This document shows positions 1-9,431 of a stretch of DNA of 64,000 bases, one piece after another. A program made the position numbers and the translations under genes. The DNA comes from Candidatus Omnitrophica bacterium UBA6249 (GTDB lineage: Bacteria; Omnitrophota; Gorgyraeia; Gygaellales; Profunditerraquicolaceae): contig DJVT01000014.1 of NCBI GenBank assembly GCA_002441305.1, forward strand, positions 2,859 to 66,858, read 5' to 3'. Each line of letters opens with the position of its first letter. Position 1 is the stretch's first letter. Under the pieces are notes generated by a model. It saw nothing but the letters and a program-made list of their open reading frames with translations, was not told the DNA's origin and did no database searches.

Positions 1-3000
1 ATTTCCTTATCCGAGCGCGGGCGGCGCCGGCAAAGGATCGCCTGATGGGACTTGATAATTTCAGTCTGCACAAAGAGATTGCTGAATGCCCGATGGTCTT
101 TGTCGCTTACCGGATCGTTTAAAACTACTTCGGCGTAGCTGGTCACTTCAATGATGCGCTTGTTGCGGGAACGATTGGTGAGCGTCACCCGGCGCAATTC
201 GATGTCATCCTCCGGGGAGACCGCGATCTCGGTATGCGTCTCGATCTGGTAATCCCGGCGCTTGAACTCCGCCCAGGCCTGGGAGAACAAAGCTTCATAG
301 TTCTTGGGGCTTTTCTGCGTAGGCTGATACGCCGACGACCAGAATTGTCCGGACTCCACATCCCTGAAATAAATAAATGTCCCGTCGTTATCCAGGGCCG
401 CGTCCTCGCGCCACCGCGTCACGGCGAGATTTTGCCATCTGCTGTAGCCCCCTCCGGCGTTGGTAACCATCACATGATAGCGGCCGTTAGATAAAAGGTG
501 GACTTCAGGCACCGGGGTCCGGGGGGTCGTAAACACCCTCAAGAGAGTTTCCTTATCACCGAATTTCCGGAGCATCCCGGTTACTTCAAAATCATAAAGG
601 AAAGGCTCGGCGACCGGAACGCGCTCCTGAAGAAGAAGCTCGGCCGATTTAAACATCGGCTCGGAGAGAAACCTTCTTTGCATCGGGCGGCCCAGCAACA
701 CGTAAGCCAGGGATAATAAGCTCATCCCCTGATGATGCGCCATGTAGGATTTCACGACCATCCGGGTTTCATCCGGGGCAAGGCGCGCGGGGGTATAATC
801 GATCGCTTCGTAAAGCCCGTAAACCCCTCCCGCCCCTTCTTCTGAAGATAACCGCTGGAGGTTCTCGCAGGCCTTCTCCGGCTCCACCATCAGCGCCAGC
901 ATCGAGGCGTATGGAGCCACTACCAGATCCTCCGCAAGGCCCCTTTTAAAACCCATATCCGGGACACCAAAGGAGTGATACTGATACACCATATTCGTGT
1001 CGATCTTATTGTAGCAGGACTCCGAGATGCCCCAGGGGATGTTGTTCTTATCCGCGTACCGCATCTGGCCGCTGACCGCGGACTTGTAGGTCCGGTCCAG
1101 CAGGCTCCCCGCATAAGCCGGCATCACCAAAAGAGGCATCAAATATTCGAACATCGACCCGCCCCAGGAAACCAGCACGGGATCCCCTTCGCATTTGGCG
1201 ATCATCCGGCCGAGCTTGAACCAATGGTCCTGGGGCATTTTTCCCTGGGCGATGGCGACAAAACTGCAGAACCGCGCCTCCGACGCCAGGAGGTCATAAC
1301 AACCCCGGTCAACCTTGTGCTCGCCAACATTGTATCCGATCGAAAGAAGGTGCGTTGCCTTATCATAAAGAAACCCGTATTCGATGGCGGAGATCTCATT
1401 GCACCGCAGCACGATGTAATCGATCGCCTTGATCCTTTCGGCAGAGCGCGTCCCGGCGTCCCGGATCGTGTCGCGAAGTTTTAAAAACCATTCCAGGGCC
1501 CTTTTCGACTCATCATCCGTAACGGGCATCGCCCCCGTAATCTCCTCGATAAGCGGGACCAGTTTCTGCTCGATCCTGGCCACTTCCCCGAGCGCGGGAA
1601 TCTCATCCAGATCCCGCAGGGCCTCCCGGAGCCGGGCGAGCCGCTCCTGCTGCTTCTCATCCCCTCCATCCCACATCCCCGGCATCTCCGGGGCAAGCAG
1701 GATCCAGGGAGCGATAAAGGACAAATCCTCTAAAAAGTCGTAACACTGCCGCTCGAAGGTGCGCGCCCATTTTTTCCCTTGCTCGTAACGTTTATGATCC
1801 AGGCCCGTCAAAACTTTTGAGATATCCGTTGAAACCTGGCGCAGAAACATATAAACTTCCGAAAGGAGCACGGGGGAAAACCCGCTCTTTTGCTGAAATT
1901 GCCCGATCTTTTCGGAAATCCCCTTAAGGGAAGCGGCAACATTGGTTTTTTGGCCTTTCTCAAGCTCCGCCACGCTTTGATACAATATCTCCAGGGTATC
2001 CCTAAGCCCGTCGAAGATCTTGGCCGAAATTATCTTTTGAGATTTCATTTCCGCCAGACCCGCGCGCAGGACGATAAGATGCCCGGCAAGGTTCCCGCTG
2101 TCTACCGACGAAATATAAAGAGGCGCCAGGGGCTTCAGCGTCTCCGTATCATACCAGTTGTAAAAATGCCCCCTGAACTTTTCCATGAGATTCAGGGTGT
2201 CGAAGGTCTTTTCCGTCCGGTGGAACATCATCCCCATCGAAAGATAGCCAAAATCATAAGCCGTCAGATTCGCAAGCAGCAAAAGGCCGATATTCGTGGG
2301 AGAGGTCCGGTGGGCCAGCATGCTCACCGGCTCTTCCTGAAAATTATCCGGCGGCAGCCAGTGGCTTTTCTCGGTCACAAAATTCTCGAAGAACGCCCAT
2401 TCCCTCCGGGCAAGCTTCCTTAAGAAAAGCTTCTGCGCTTTAGAAAGCAGGATCTTGCGGGCGGGGGCGGGCTGGCTGATCCAGTAAGCCAGCGCGGGGG
2501 AAATAATCCAGAGCCCCAAAAAAACCGGGGCCAATACGCCTAAACGCGCAAACAGCAGCGGGAAACAAACCAGCAGCAAAACGGCGGCAAGCGGCGCCGA
2601 GAGCATGCTCTTATAGTAACCCGAAACGCGGTTAGACAGGGAATCCTCTATTTCAAGAAAAGTCCTCCATTCCAACAAACGCCTCCGCGACACCAACATT
2701 CTCCATAAAGTCCTTACAATGGCGTCCAAACAATAAAACGCCTCGTAGAGCAGAAAAACAAAAGAGAAGAAAAAACGGAGGATATTCTTTTTAAATGAGG
2801 AAAGCACCGAACTAAAATGGGTCCGGAATGTCAGATGCTCGGATTTCCTCACCGCCTCCACCAGGGACATCGGAAGGAGCGGAAAACCGATCAGGGCAAT
2901 CACGGAAGCCGACCATACCCAGGAGGACTGGAAAAACATCCATCCCGATAACAATAAAACAACTGTCGCCGGGGAAACAAGGCTGCGCCTGAAATTATCC

Positions 3001-5432
3001 GCGATCTTCCATTGCGAAAGAAAAGAAACCGGGTTCCTGACTTTTGCTCCCCCCGGGCCGCGGAATGAAGAAAACAACCAGGGGGCGATCTGCCAGTCCC
3101 CGCGGATCCAACGGTGCCTGCGGCTGGAATCTTTAAGATACCCCGAAGGATACCCCTCGTAGAATTGAACATCCGTCACCAGGGCCGAACGGGCATAACA
3201 CCCCTCCAGGAGGTCATGGCTTAATATGGAATTTTCCGCAAAACGCCCTTCCATGGAACTTTCAAAAGCATCCACATCATAAAGCCCCTTACCGATAAAG
3301 GACCCTTCGAAAAAAAGATCCTGGTAAACATCGGAGACCGCTTTGGTATAAGGGTCGATCCCGGTGTCCCCTCCGAAGATCTTCACGAACAACGATGGGT
3401 TTTCCCCGGGATAGCTCGGTTCGACCCGGGGCTGGAGAATCCCGTATCCGGAAATAACGCGTTGTTTTTTATCGTCATAGACCGCCCGGTTAAGAGGGTG
3501 CGCGATGACACCCACAAGCTCCCGCGCCGCGTTACGGGACATCCGGGTATCGGCGTCCAAGGTAATAACATATTTTACGCCCTGAAGCTTCTGGGGATCC
3601 CCAAGCACCACGCTGAACCGCCCCTCTCCTTTTCCGCGGAGAAAAGCGTTCAAGTCCCCGAGCTTGCCGCGCTTACGCTCATACCCCATCCACATTTTTT
3701 CCCGCCCATTCCACCGGCGGGGCCGGTGAAGAAGGCAAAAAACATAATCTTTCTGCAGGCGGTATTTATGATTCAGCTGTTCGATCCTGTCCCTGACCCG
3801 GCTCAAAAGCGCTTCATCCTCGGGCATCGTCTCCTGCGGCGCGTCGCAAAAGTCCGTAAGCAGCGCGAAATCCGTATTCTGGTCGATATTCGCCAGATAC
3901 CGGACCTCCAACTCTTCCAGAAGCAAATCGATTGTCCGCGCGTCGCTGATCATGCAGGGGACTACCACCAGCGTATGCGCATACTCCGGAATTCCTTCCG
4001 AAAAATCCATACGGGGAAGATTCTGGGGGCTTACGAGCATCATCGCAAGCCAGTTCACCAGCGAAACCGCCGTCTGGCTTACCGTAATCAAAAGCGATAC
4101 CGCGAATAAAACGAGCCACGGCAAGCTCATCTCCTCCCCAGGATTTATCCAGTAAAAAATACCCGCGCTCAAAGCGAGAGTCGCGAAAATAATGGCTCCG
4201 AAAAATAAAACGGACGGCCAGAAAGTTTTTTTCACCTGCAGATACTGGCCCCAGGATAAACGCAGGCCCAACTCGCGGCAAAAACGCTCCAGCCCCCGGT
4301 CAATGAGGTAAAAACCTACGTGCGCTTCGGCGTGGCGGGGCCCCTTTTCCGTTTTGGCCTTCCCGGCGATCCGGACCGCCCGCGAGGCGACCTCCTCTTC
4401 TTTAAGCTTGCTTCTGGAGGAAAGCTGCTCAATAACATGCCGGTAGCGGTCGCGGGTCGCAAAAGACATCAGGCGGTAATCCCCCGAAGGGTCCTGGCCC
4501 AGGACTTTTTCGACTACACTGAGCGCCTCGACAAAATCATGCCAATCGGTAGTCCCCAAAAGGCGTAAACTTCCGATCGTATTGGCAATCGAAACCTGGT
4601 CCGCCGCTTGTTTCTGGCTGATCGCCCGGATAATCCTGTCAAGGGTCTCCCCCTGTTCCGAAAGTTTCTTTTCCAACCAGGTAAAAGGAAGATTAAGCGC
4701 CTGGCTTTGGCCGTGCAGGCGCCGGGTGAATTCCGCGACAAAGGCATCCGATAATAACAAATTGGCCCTGGACATCGCCGCGATTTCAAAGATCACCCCG
4801 TCGGTATCTTTGGCCGAAACCTCCAGGATGCGCGTCGCCCAATAATTCGCCTTATCCCTTTCCGTCTGCGCCACGATCAGGCGGGAAGAAACGCGCCTTA
4901 AGTTCTCGATCAGCGCCAGCCTTAACATGATCGGGATAGCCCAGAGTTCGCCGAGCTTCAGGCAGCTGACGCTTTGATAAGCCGTGACAAATTCCGTAAG
5001 GCCCTGGCTGTCCAGCCGCCCGTCGCCGTGAGAGACAAGTTCCATCGCCAGCTCATAAACGCGCGGGTAACCGGCAAGCGGGCCTTCGGAAAGATAAGGT
5101 AATTCGCGGATGTAATTTTCGGGAAGGTATTTCTGGGCAAGCCTGATCTGCTCCTCAATGAGGTAATAATTATCAAGAAGCCATTCCCCAGCGGGGGAAA
5201 TCTTGCGCTTGGTTTTACCGGTCTCATTGAGCAGTTCATGGATCTCGGCAAGGACCTTTTCATTCTTCTTCAGCCGCAGTAAGAGCCTATTCCTCCCTTT
5301 TTTGTAGCTTACCGAGTGCCCCTGGGCGAGGTTTTTGGCGTGCGTTTTAAACTGTTCGATACTGAAAAGTTCGGCGCGAAGGGGCGCTTCCTCGGCGCCG
5401 CTATTTGAAGCCAGAAAAGCGCTCAGACGCAT
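1..5432 (-). CDS. cyclic beta-1,2-glucan synthase-like giant enzyme (glycosyltransferase region followed by GH94/phosphorylase-type region); 3' end runs off the window
   Basis: Absent from the ORF track because no stop lies inside the window. Manual minus-strand translation from ATG at 5432 gives MRLSAFLASNSGAEEAPLRAELFSIEQFKTHAKNLAQGH... The frame was checked open and consistent at four places: ...VKYVITLDADTRM... (~3545-3585), ...HRWIRGDWQIAPW... (~3075-3111), ...VSWGGSMFEYLMP... (~1140-1175) and ...WGISES... (~1020-1040). These motifs are typical of ChvB/NdvB-family synthases. An alternative TTG start at 5474 is preceded by AGGAG. All listed plus-strand ORFs in 234-4845 are Arg/Pro/Gly-rich shadow frames. 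Confidence 0.8.
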   Translation of the reverse strand, partial: MRLSAFLASNSGAEEAPLRAELFSIEQFKTHAKNLAQGHSVSYKKGRNRLLLRLKKNEKVLAEIHELLNETGKTKRKISPAGEWLLDNYYLIEEQIRLAQKYLPENYIRELPYLSEGPLAGYPRVYELAMELVSHGDGRLDSQGLTEFVTAYQSVSCLKLGELWAIPIMLRLALIENLRRVSSRLIVAQTERDKANYWATRILEVSAKDTDGVIFEIAAMSRANLLLSDAFVAEFTRRLHGQSQALNLPFTWLEKKLSEQGETLDRIIRAISQKQAADQVSIANTIGSLRLLGTTDWHDFVEALSVVEKVLGQDPSGDYRLMSFATRDRYRHVIEQLSSRSKLKEEEVASRAVRIAGKAKTEKGPRHAEAHVGFYLIDRGLERFCRELGLRLSWGQYLQVKKTFWPSVLFFGAIIFATLALSAGIFYWINPGEEMSLPWLVLFAVSLLITVSQTAVSLVNWLAMMLVSPQNLPRMDFSEGIPEYAHTLVVVPCMISDARTIDLLLEELEVRYLANIDQNTDFALLTDFCDAPQETMPEDEALLSRVRDRIEQLNHKYRLQKDYVFCLLHRPRRWNGREKMWMGYERKRGKLGDLNAFLRGKGEGRFSVVLGDPQKLQGVKYVITLDADTRMSRNAARELVGVIAHPLNRAVYDDKKQRVISGYGILQPRVEPSYPGENPSLFVKIFGGDTGIDPYTKAVSDVYQDLFFEGSFIGKGLYDVDAFESSMEGRFAENSILSHDLLEGCYARSALVTDVQFYEGYPSGYLKDSSRRHRWIRGDWQIAPWLFSSFRGPGGAKVRNPVSFLSQWKIADNFRRSLVSPATVVLLLSGWMFFQSSWVWSASVIALIGFPLLPMSLVEAVRKSEHLTFRTHFSSVLSSFKKNILRFFFSFVFLLYEAFYCLDAIVRTLWRMLVSRRRLLEWRTFLEIEDSLSNRVSGYYKSMLSAPLAAVLLLVCFPLLFARLGVLAPVFLGLWIISPALAYWISQPAPARKILLSKAQKLFLRKLARREWAFFENFVTEKSHWLPPDNFQEEPVSMLAHRTSPTNIGLLLLANLTAYDFGYLSMGMMFHRTEKTFDTLNLMEKFRGHFYNWYDTETLKPLAPLYISSVDSGNLAGHLIVLRAGLAEMKSQKIISAKIFDGLRDTLEILYQSVAELEKGQKTNVAASLKGISEKIGQFQQKSGFSPVLLSEVYMFLRQVSTDISKVLTGLDHKRYEQGKKWARTFERQCYDFLEDLSFIAPWILLAPEMPGMWDGGDEKQQERLARLREALRDLDEIPALGEVARIEQKLVPLIEEITGAMPVTDDESKRALEWFLKLRDTIRDAGTRSAERIKAIDYIVLRCNEISAIEYGFLYDKATHLLSIGYNVGEHKVDRGCYDLLASEARFCSFVAIAQGKMPQDHWFKLGRMIAKCEGDPVLVSWGGSMFEYLMPLLVMPAYAGSLLDRTYKSAVSGQMRYADKNNIPWGISESCYNKIDTNMVYQYHSFGVPDMGFKRGLAEDLVVAPYASMLALMVEPEKACENLQRLSSEEGAGGVYGLYEAIDYTPARLAPDETRMVVKSYMAHHQGMSLLSLAYVLLGRPMQRRFLSEPMFKSAELLLQERVPVAEPFLYDFEVTGMLRKFGDKETLLRVFTTPRTPVPEVHLLSNGRYHVMVTNAGGGYSRWQNLAVTRWREDAALDNDGTFIYFRDVESGQFWSSAYQPTQKSPKNYEALFSQAWAEFKRRDYQIETHTEIAVSPEDDIELRRVTLTNRSRNKRIIEVTSYAEVVLNDPVSDKDHRAFSNLFVQTEIIKSHQAILCRRRPRSDKE

Positions 5433-5673
5433 TTTAAGGGGAAAGATATAATCTTGGAGAGGCTTTAAAGGCAATACAGGCTCCTGATTTTAAGGCCGGG
5501 GGGATTCCAAACGGCGAAGGTATAAAATCTTAGGACGACACTTCCCTAAGAAATTATTATACACTATAAACGATATTTCGGTTATATAAAATTCACGGCG
5601 GCGTTTATGCCCTCCCGGAACGCCGCGCAACGGTTCACATAAAATATAACCGCGCTTTTATCCTGAGGAAAGA

Positions 5674-6076
5674 TTAAGCCGCCTTGGCGGGAAGCGGAGG
5701 AAAATCCTTGTAGATTAAATCGTAAGTTTCGATCTTCGACCTGATGAAATAAGGATAATCCAGGAATAATTTCTCCAGCAGCGTGCCGCGCTTGTATCCG
5801 GAGACCCCTCTTTTAGATGCCGAAACAAAATCAATGATCTCCTGCGCGTGCCTGGAATCTATATCTTTTATCTGGTTGAGCGCCATCTTCATGGGCGACG
5901 TGGGAGAACGCCATAAGAAAGTTATTATCCCCTATGGCGGTCTCTTTCTCCGGGGAACTTGAGGAATTTATCGTAACGTACTCGCGGAAAATGTTGTTCT
6001 TGCCGATAATAATCCTGCCGCCGCCGCATTTAGCTCCAACCATCTGCGCGAACCCGCCAATCACCGCAGACTGGAT
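5674..6076 (-). pseudogene. lpxA: lpxA (UDP-GlcNAc acyltransferase) remnant: N-terminus missing and a large internal deletion
   Basis: Frame 1 (ORF 5831..6064) reads ...IIIGKNNIFREYVTINSSSSPEKETAIGDNNFLMAFSHVAHE, which matches the LpxA hexapeptide core (E. coli IGDRNRIRESVTIHRGT...VGSDNLLMINAHIAHDC). At ~5885-5895 the sequence shifts frame into ORF 5674..5892 (MALNQIKDIDSRHAQEIIDFVSASKRGV...), which matches the LpxA C-terminal tail (...FTDFFARSTRGLIR). About 100 residues between these blocks and about 100 N-terminal residues are absent. Confidence 0.6.
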
Positions 6077-6081
6077 TTAGC

Positions 6082-6801
6082 CTATTTCACCCCTCCGTAA
6101 ACCGAGAAATAATACCACTTATATATCACATCAATATCCTTAAACCCGGCTTTGGCAAGCGTCTGCATCTCTTTCATCAGGCTTGCCGGCCGGTCTTCTC
6201 TCTTGTGGTTATTGAGCATACGTTTTATCTCGGCGGGCGAGCATCCTTTACGCAAGAATTCCAACCACTTCTCCATATACATAAGCTGTAAATACCTGTT
6301 TGAGGCCAGGGTTATATCCGCGTTATAGAACACGCCGCCTTTTTTAAGGCAATCGTAGATCTTCCTGTAAAACGCCTTCTTGTCGCCTTTCTCGAAATGA
6401 TGCATGACCAGGGAAGATATCACCGCGTCGTATCTGCCGAACTTGAATTCCCGCAGGTCGGCGACATGGAACTCGATGTTTTTACACCCTTTCAGCTTGG
6501 CTTTTGCCAGACTAATCATCTGTCCGCTTAAGTCAATGCAGGTAACATGCGCCCGGGGATATTTTTTCAACAAAGCCTTTGTTATGTTGCCGGTCCCGCA
6601 GCCAAGGTCTGCCACGCTTATCCGTCTGCCCTTAGGGAATGGCAGCGACGAAACCAACGCCTCGATCACCTCCGCATAACGCGGGGCGAACCTGGCAAAA
6701 TTCTTGTCGAACACCGCGGCTTCCCGCTCAAAATGCTCTTTTATCACGCTGAACCTGTTCTTCATTTTCACTCCAGTCATTTGTCTGTAACCATGCGCCA
6801 T
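6082..6801 (-). CDS. class I SAM-dependent methyltransferase
   Basis: 239-aa ORF with SAM-binding motif I VADLGCGTGNIT, an acidic loop CIDLS, and post-I/II motifs (DAVISSLVMHHF, GGVFYNAD). The start is uncertain (alternative Met at 6765). Confidence 0.85.
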   Translation of the reverse strand: MAHGYRQMTGVKMKNRFSVIKEHFEREAAVFDKNFARFAPRYAEVIEALVSSLPFPKGRRISVADLGCGTGNITKALLKKYPRAHVTCIDLSGQMISLAKAKLKGCKNIEFHVADLREFKFGRYDAVISSLVMHHFEKGDKKAFYRKIYDCLKKGGVFYNADITLASNRYLQLMYMEKWLEFLRKGCSPAEIKRMLNNHKREDRPASLMKEMQTLAKAGFKDIDVIYKWYYFSVYGGVK

Positions 6802-6906
6802 CGATGATCTTGGGTATCCGTTCGTAATCCGCCGCCCTGGCGGGGACTAAATTTAAACATATCACGGCTCTTATATTTGCAATGGGTTTACCGGCAGGGG
6901 CGCGTC

Positions 6907-7755
6907 TTAACTCCTCAATCTGCCCAGGAAGAATGAACCGAAAAAGAAGATGAAATTGACCATGACGATAGTGCCTCCCGAAGGATAATTCAGGATATAG
7001 GAGATGAAAATACCGATGATCACCGAAGCGATCGCAAATATCCCGGCCAAGGCGATTGCGCCGCGGAAACTGCGCATAACCTGCAGGGCGGATATCGCAG
7101 GCAAAACAATCAGGCTGGAGACCAGCATCGTCCCGACAATTTTTATCCCCAAGACAACGATCAGCGCGGTAAGAATAATCAGAATCTTATTGACCATTCT
7201 CACCTTTATCCCGGAGACGTGCGCGTAGTCTTCGTCGAAGGTAATCGCAAACAAATCGTGGTAAAAAAGCATAGTTATCAGAACAACCAACAGGGAAATA
7301 CCGACGGTCATCCAGACCTCCAGAGAGCTCACCGAAAGGATATTCCCGAAGAGATAACTAAAAAGATCGACGTTAAATCCTCCCGCGGTAGAGGCGATAA
7401 TCACCCCCAGGGCAATGCCGAATGATGAGACAAGACCGATGGCCGCATCCCCGTACATCCCCGCCTTTTCGCTCAGGCTCAGAATGGCGAGCGAGGCAAG
7501 GGCAACCAGAGGCACAGAAACCACTATGGGCTGGGTATTAAGCAGGAGGCCGATGGCAACTGTGGCAAAACTCACGTGGGCGAGCCCGTCTCCAATCAGG
7601 GAGAACCTGCGCAGAACCAGAAAAATCCCCAGGAACGAACACCCCAGGGCCATAAAACATCCGGCGATGATCGCGCGCTGAAGAAAGGCGTAACGGCAAA
7701 CCTCCTGAATCTGTGAGAGTATATCCATCATATCAATGCCTGTGGCAGATAACAT
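6907..7755 (-). CDS. znuB: metal (zinc) ABC transporter permease, ABC-3/ZnuB family
   Basis: 282-aa polytopic hydrophobic ORF typical of ZnuB/TroC/MntB permeases. It overlaps the upstream ATPase gene by 23 nt. Confidence 0.85.
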   Translation of the reverse strand: MLSATGIDMMDILSQIQEVCRYAFLQRAIIAGCFMALGCSFLGIFLVLRRFSLIGDGLAHVSFATVAIGLLLNTQPIVVSVPLVALASLAILSLSEKAGMYGDAAIGLVSSFGIALGVIIASTAGGFNVDLFSYLFGNILSVSSLEVWMTVGISLLVVLITMLFYHDLFAITFDEDYAHVSGIKVRMVNKILIILTALIVVLGIKIVGTMLVSSLIVLPAISALQVMRSFRGAIALAGIFAIASVIIGIFISYILNYPSGGTIVMVNFIFFFGSFFLGRLRS

Positions 7756-8479
7756 GCTGCCCTTCTCCGAAATAATCCGACATCTGCGGAGACTTGCAAA
7801 ACTCTTCGAAGTCCCCGTAGAATATAATCCGCCTGTCCAAATAAAGCAGTTTTGAGGCGTATTTGCCTATTGTCCCGGAGTCATGTGAGATAAGCAGGAC
7901 GGTTACGCCGTGTTCCTTGTTAAGCCCGCGCACGACAGAATAGAACGACTCCCTTGACTGCGGATCAAGAGCAACGGTCGGCTCATCCAGGATCAGCAGC
8001 CCGGGATGATGCACCAGGGCCCGAGCCAGCAAGATACGCTGCTGCTGCCCCCCGGAAAGCTTGCCGATCGGCCGGCCGGCAAGGTTGGCCACCCCCAGTA
8101 TTTCCATCGCCTGATGCGCCGCCTTATAGTCCTCCCGCGCAAGGCGCTTGGGGAACTTCTTGCAGCAATACACTCCCGAGACAACAATCTCTCTGGCTGT
8201 CGCCGGAAATCTTTGGTCGAGAAAAGACATCTTCTGCGGCAGATAACCGATATGGTTATTACAGGTAAACTCGGACAGCCCCTTGCCGCGGAAAAGAATC
8301 TCACCTTCGGAGGGCACTAACCCGAGGATAGCCTTGACCAGGGTAGTCTTTCCCGAACCGTTAGGCCCAACGATACCGATATAATCCCCGGATTCGATGC
8401 CGAAGGAGATACGCGCAAGCGCCTCTACCCCCCCATAACGCACGCTAAGATCTTTTACTTCAATGATATTTAACGACAC
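7733..8479 (-). CDS. znuC: metal (zinc) ABC transporter ATP-binding protein
   Basis: Walker A GPNGSGKTT, ABC signature LSGGQQQR, Walker B LLILDEP and H-loop ISHD. Confidence 0.9.
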   Translation of the reverse strand: MSLNIIEVKDLSVRYGGVEALARISFGIESGDYIGIVGPNGSGKTTLVKAILGLVPSEGEILFRGKGLSEFTCNNHIGYLPQKMSFLDQRFPATAREIVVSGVYCCKKFPKRLAREDYKAAHQAMEILGVANLAGRPIGKLSGGQQQRILLARALVHHPGLLILDEPTVALDPQSRESFYSVVRGLNKEHGVTVLLISHDSGTIGKYASKLLYLDRRIIFYGDFEEFCKSPQMSDYFGEGQHVICHRH

Positions 8480-9414
8480 TCCAGCCCCGCCTTTAACTTT
8501 TTGAGGTTATCCTCCATGACATCGAGAAAGGTCACCCCTTTTTTCAATCCGTCTTTACTGAGATTATGCGCTCCGTGCAGGAGCTCAAGCCTGGCGCCTG
8601 TCTCCTGCGCGATTGCCCGAGCAACCTTGGGATCAAGCAGTTCTTCATAATAAATATATTTTATCCCGGAGGCATTCAGCTTATCGATCAACTCCGCGAT
8701 CGCCCTGGGGCTCGGCTCGGCATTGGGAGAAAAACCCTCATACGGAGAGTCGTACTCCAGGCCGTAGCGCTTCGCAAAATACCCGAAGGCAAAATGCCCG
8801 CCGTAAATAATCGTCTTATGTTTGGCGGTAGCAAGCGTCTCCTTGAACCGGCGGTCAAGATCCGCCAGCTTGATTTTGTACTCCCGGGCGTTTTCCAGGT
8901 AAAAATCATTATTGGCCGGGTCCTTTTCTGCAAGGGCGCCGGCAATATTATCCACCATTATCTGCGCGTTGGCAAGATCAAGCCAGATGTGCGGGTCCTT
9001 GCCCCCATGGTGATGATGTCCTCCTTCCTCCTCTTCGTCATGGTCATCTTCATCGTGGTCTCTTTCGTCCATCAGATCTATTCCCCGGCTTGAATCGACT
9101 ACAACAAGTTTCTTGTTGGAAACGCCTTTTAACAGATCCTCTACCCACGGCTCCATGTACCTGCCGGTATAGATAAACACATCCGCCTTGTTGATCCTTA
9201 CTACATCCTGCGGCTTCGGTTCAAAGGCATGCGCCTCGACACCCGGGGGAAGCAGCAAAAAAACATTTACCTTCTCCCCGCCGACCTGCCTGGCAAAATC
9301 ATAGGTCGGGAACAATGTCGTAATAACCTCCAGCCTGGCCTTATCCTGCTGGGCAAAGGCACAGGAAGTTCCTATAAAGAAGATAAACAAAACACCTGCC
9401 AGCCTCCTGAACAT
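8470..9414 (-). CDS. znuA: periplasmic metal-binding protein of ABC transporter, ZnuA-like with His/acidic loop
   Basis: Signal peptide (MFRRLAGVLFIFFIGTSCAFA), TroA/ZnuA-family fold sequence, and a flexible loop DERDHDEDDHDEEEEGGHHHHGGKDPH that is characteristic of zinc-specific ZnuA. Confidence 0.85.
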   Translation of the reverse strand: MFRRLAGVLFIFFIGTSCAFAQQDKARLEVITTLFPTYDFARQVGGEKVNVFLLLPPGVEAHAFEPKPQDVVRINKADVFIYTGRYMEPWVEDLLKGVSNKKLVVVDSSRGIDLMDERDHDEDDHDEEEEGGHHHHGGKDPHIWLDLANAQIMVDNIAGALAEKDPANNDFYLENAREYKIKLADLDRRFKETLATAKHKTIIYGGHFAFGYFAKRYGLEYDSPYEGFSPNAEPSPRAIAELIDKLNASGIKYIYYEELLDPKVARAIAQETGARLELLHGAHNLSKDGLKKGVTFLDVMEDNLKKLKAGLECR

Positions 9415-9431
9415 AAACCCTCTCCTTTTAT

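Noticed and set aside
234-4845. Multiple plus-strand ORFs of 60-215 aa (e.g. 975..1484, 1890..2423, 3462..4109) and minus-strand ORF 3814..4281
   Set aside because: They are Arg/Pro/Gly/His-rich low-complexity translations lying antisense to, or out of frame with, the continuous glucan-synthase frame. They are shadow ORFs.
8990-9060. His/Asp/Glu-rich low-complexity tract, considered as a repeat expansion or frameshift hotspot
   Set aside because: It lies in frame within ZnuA, at the position of the known metal-binding flexible loop of zinc-specific ZnuA proteins.
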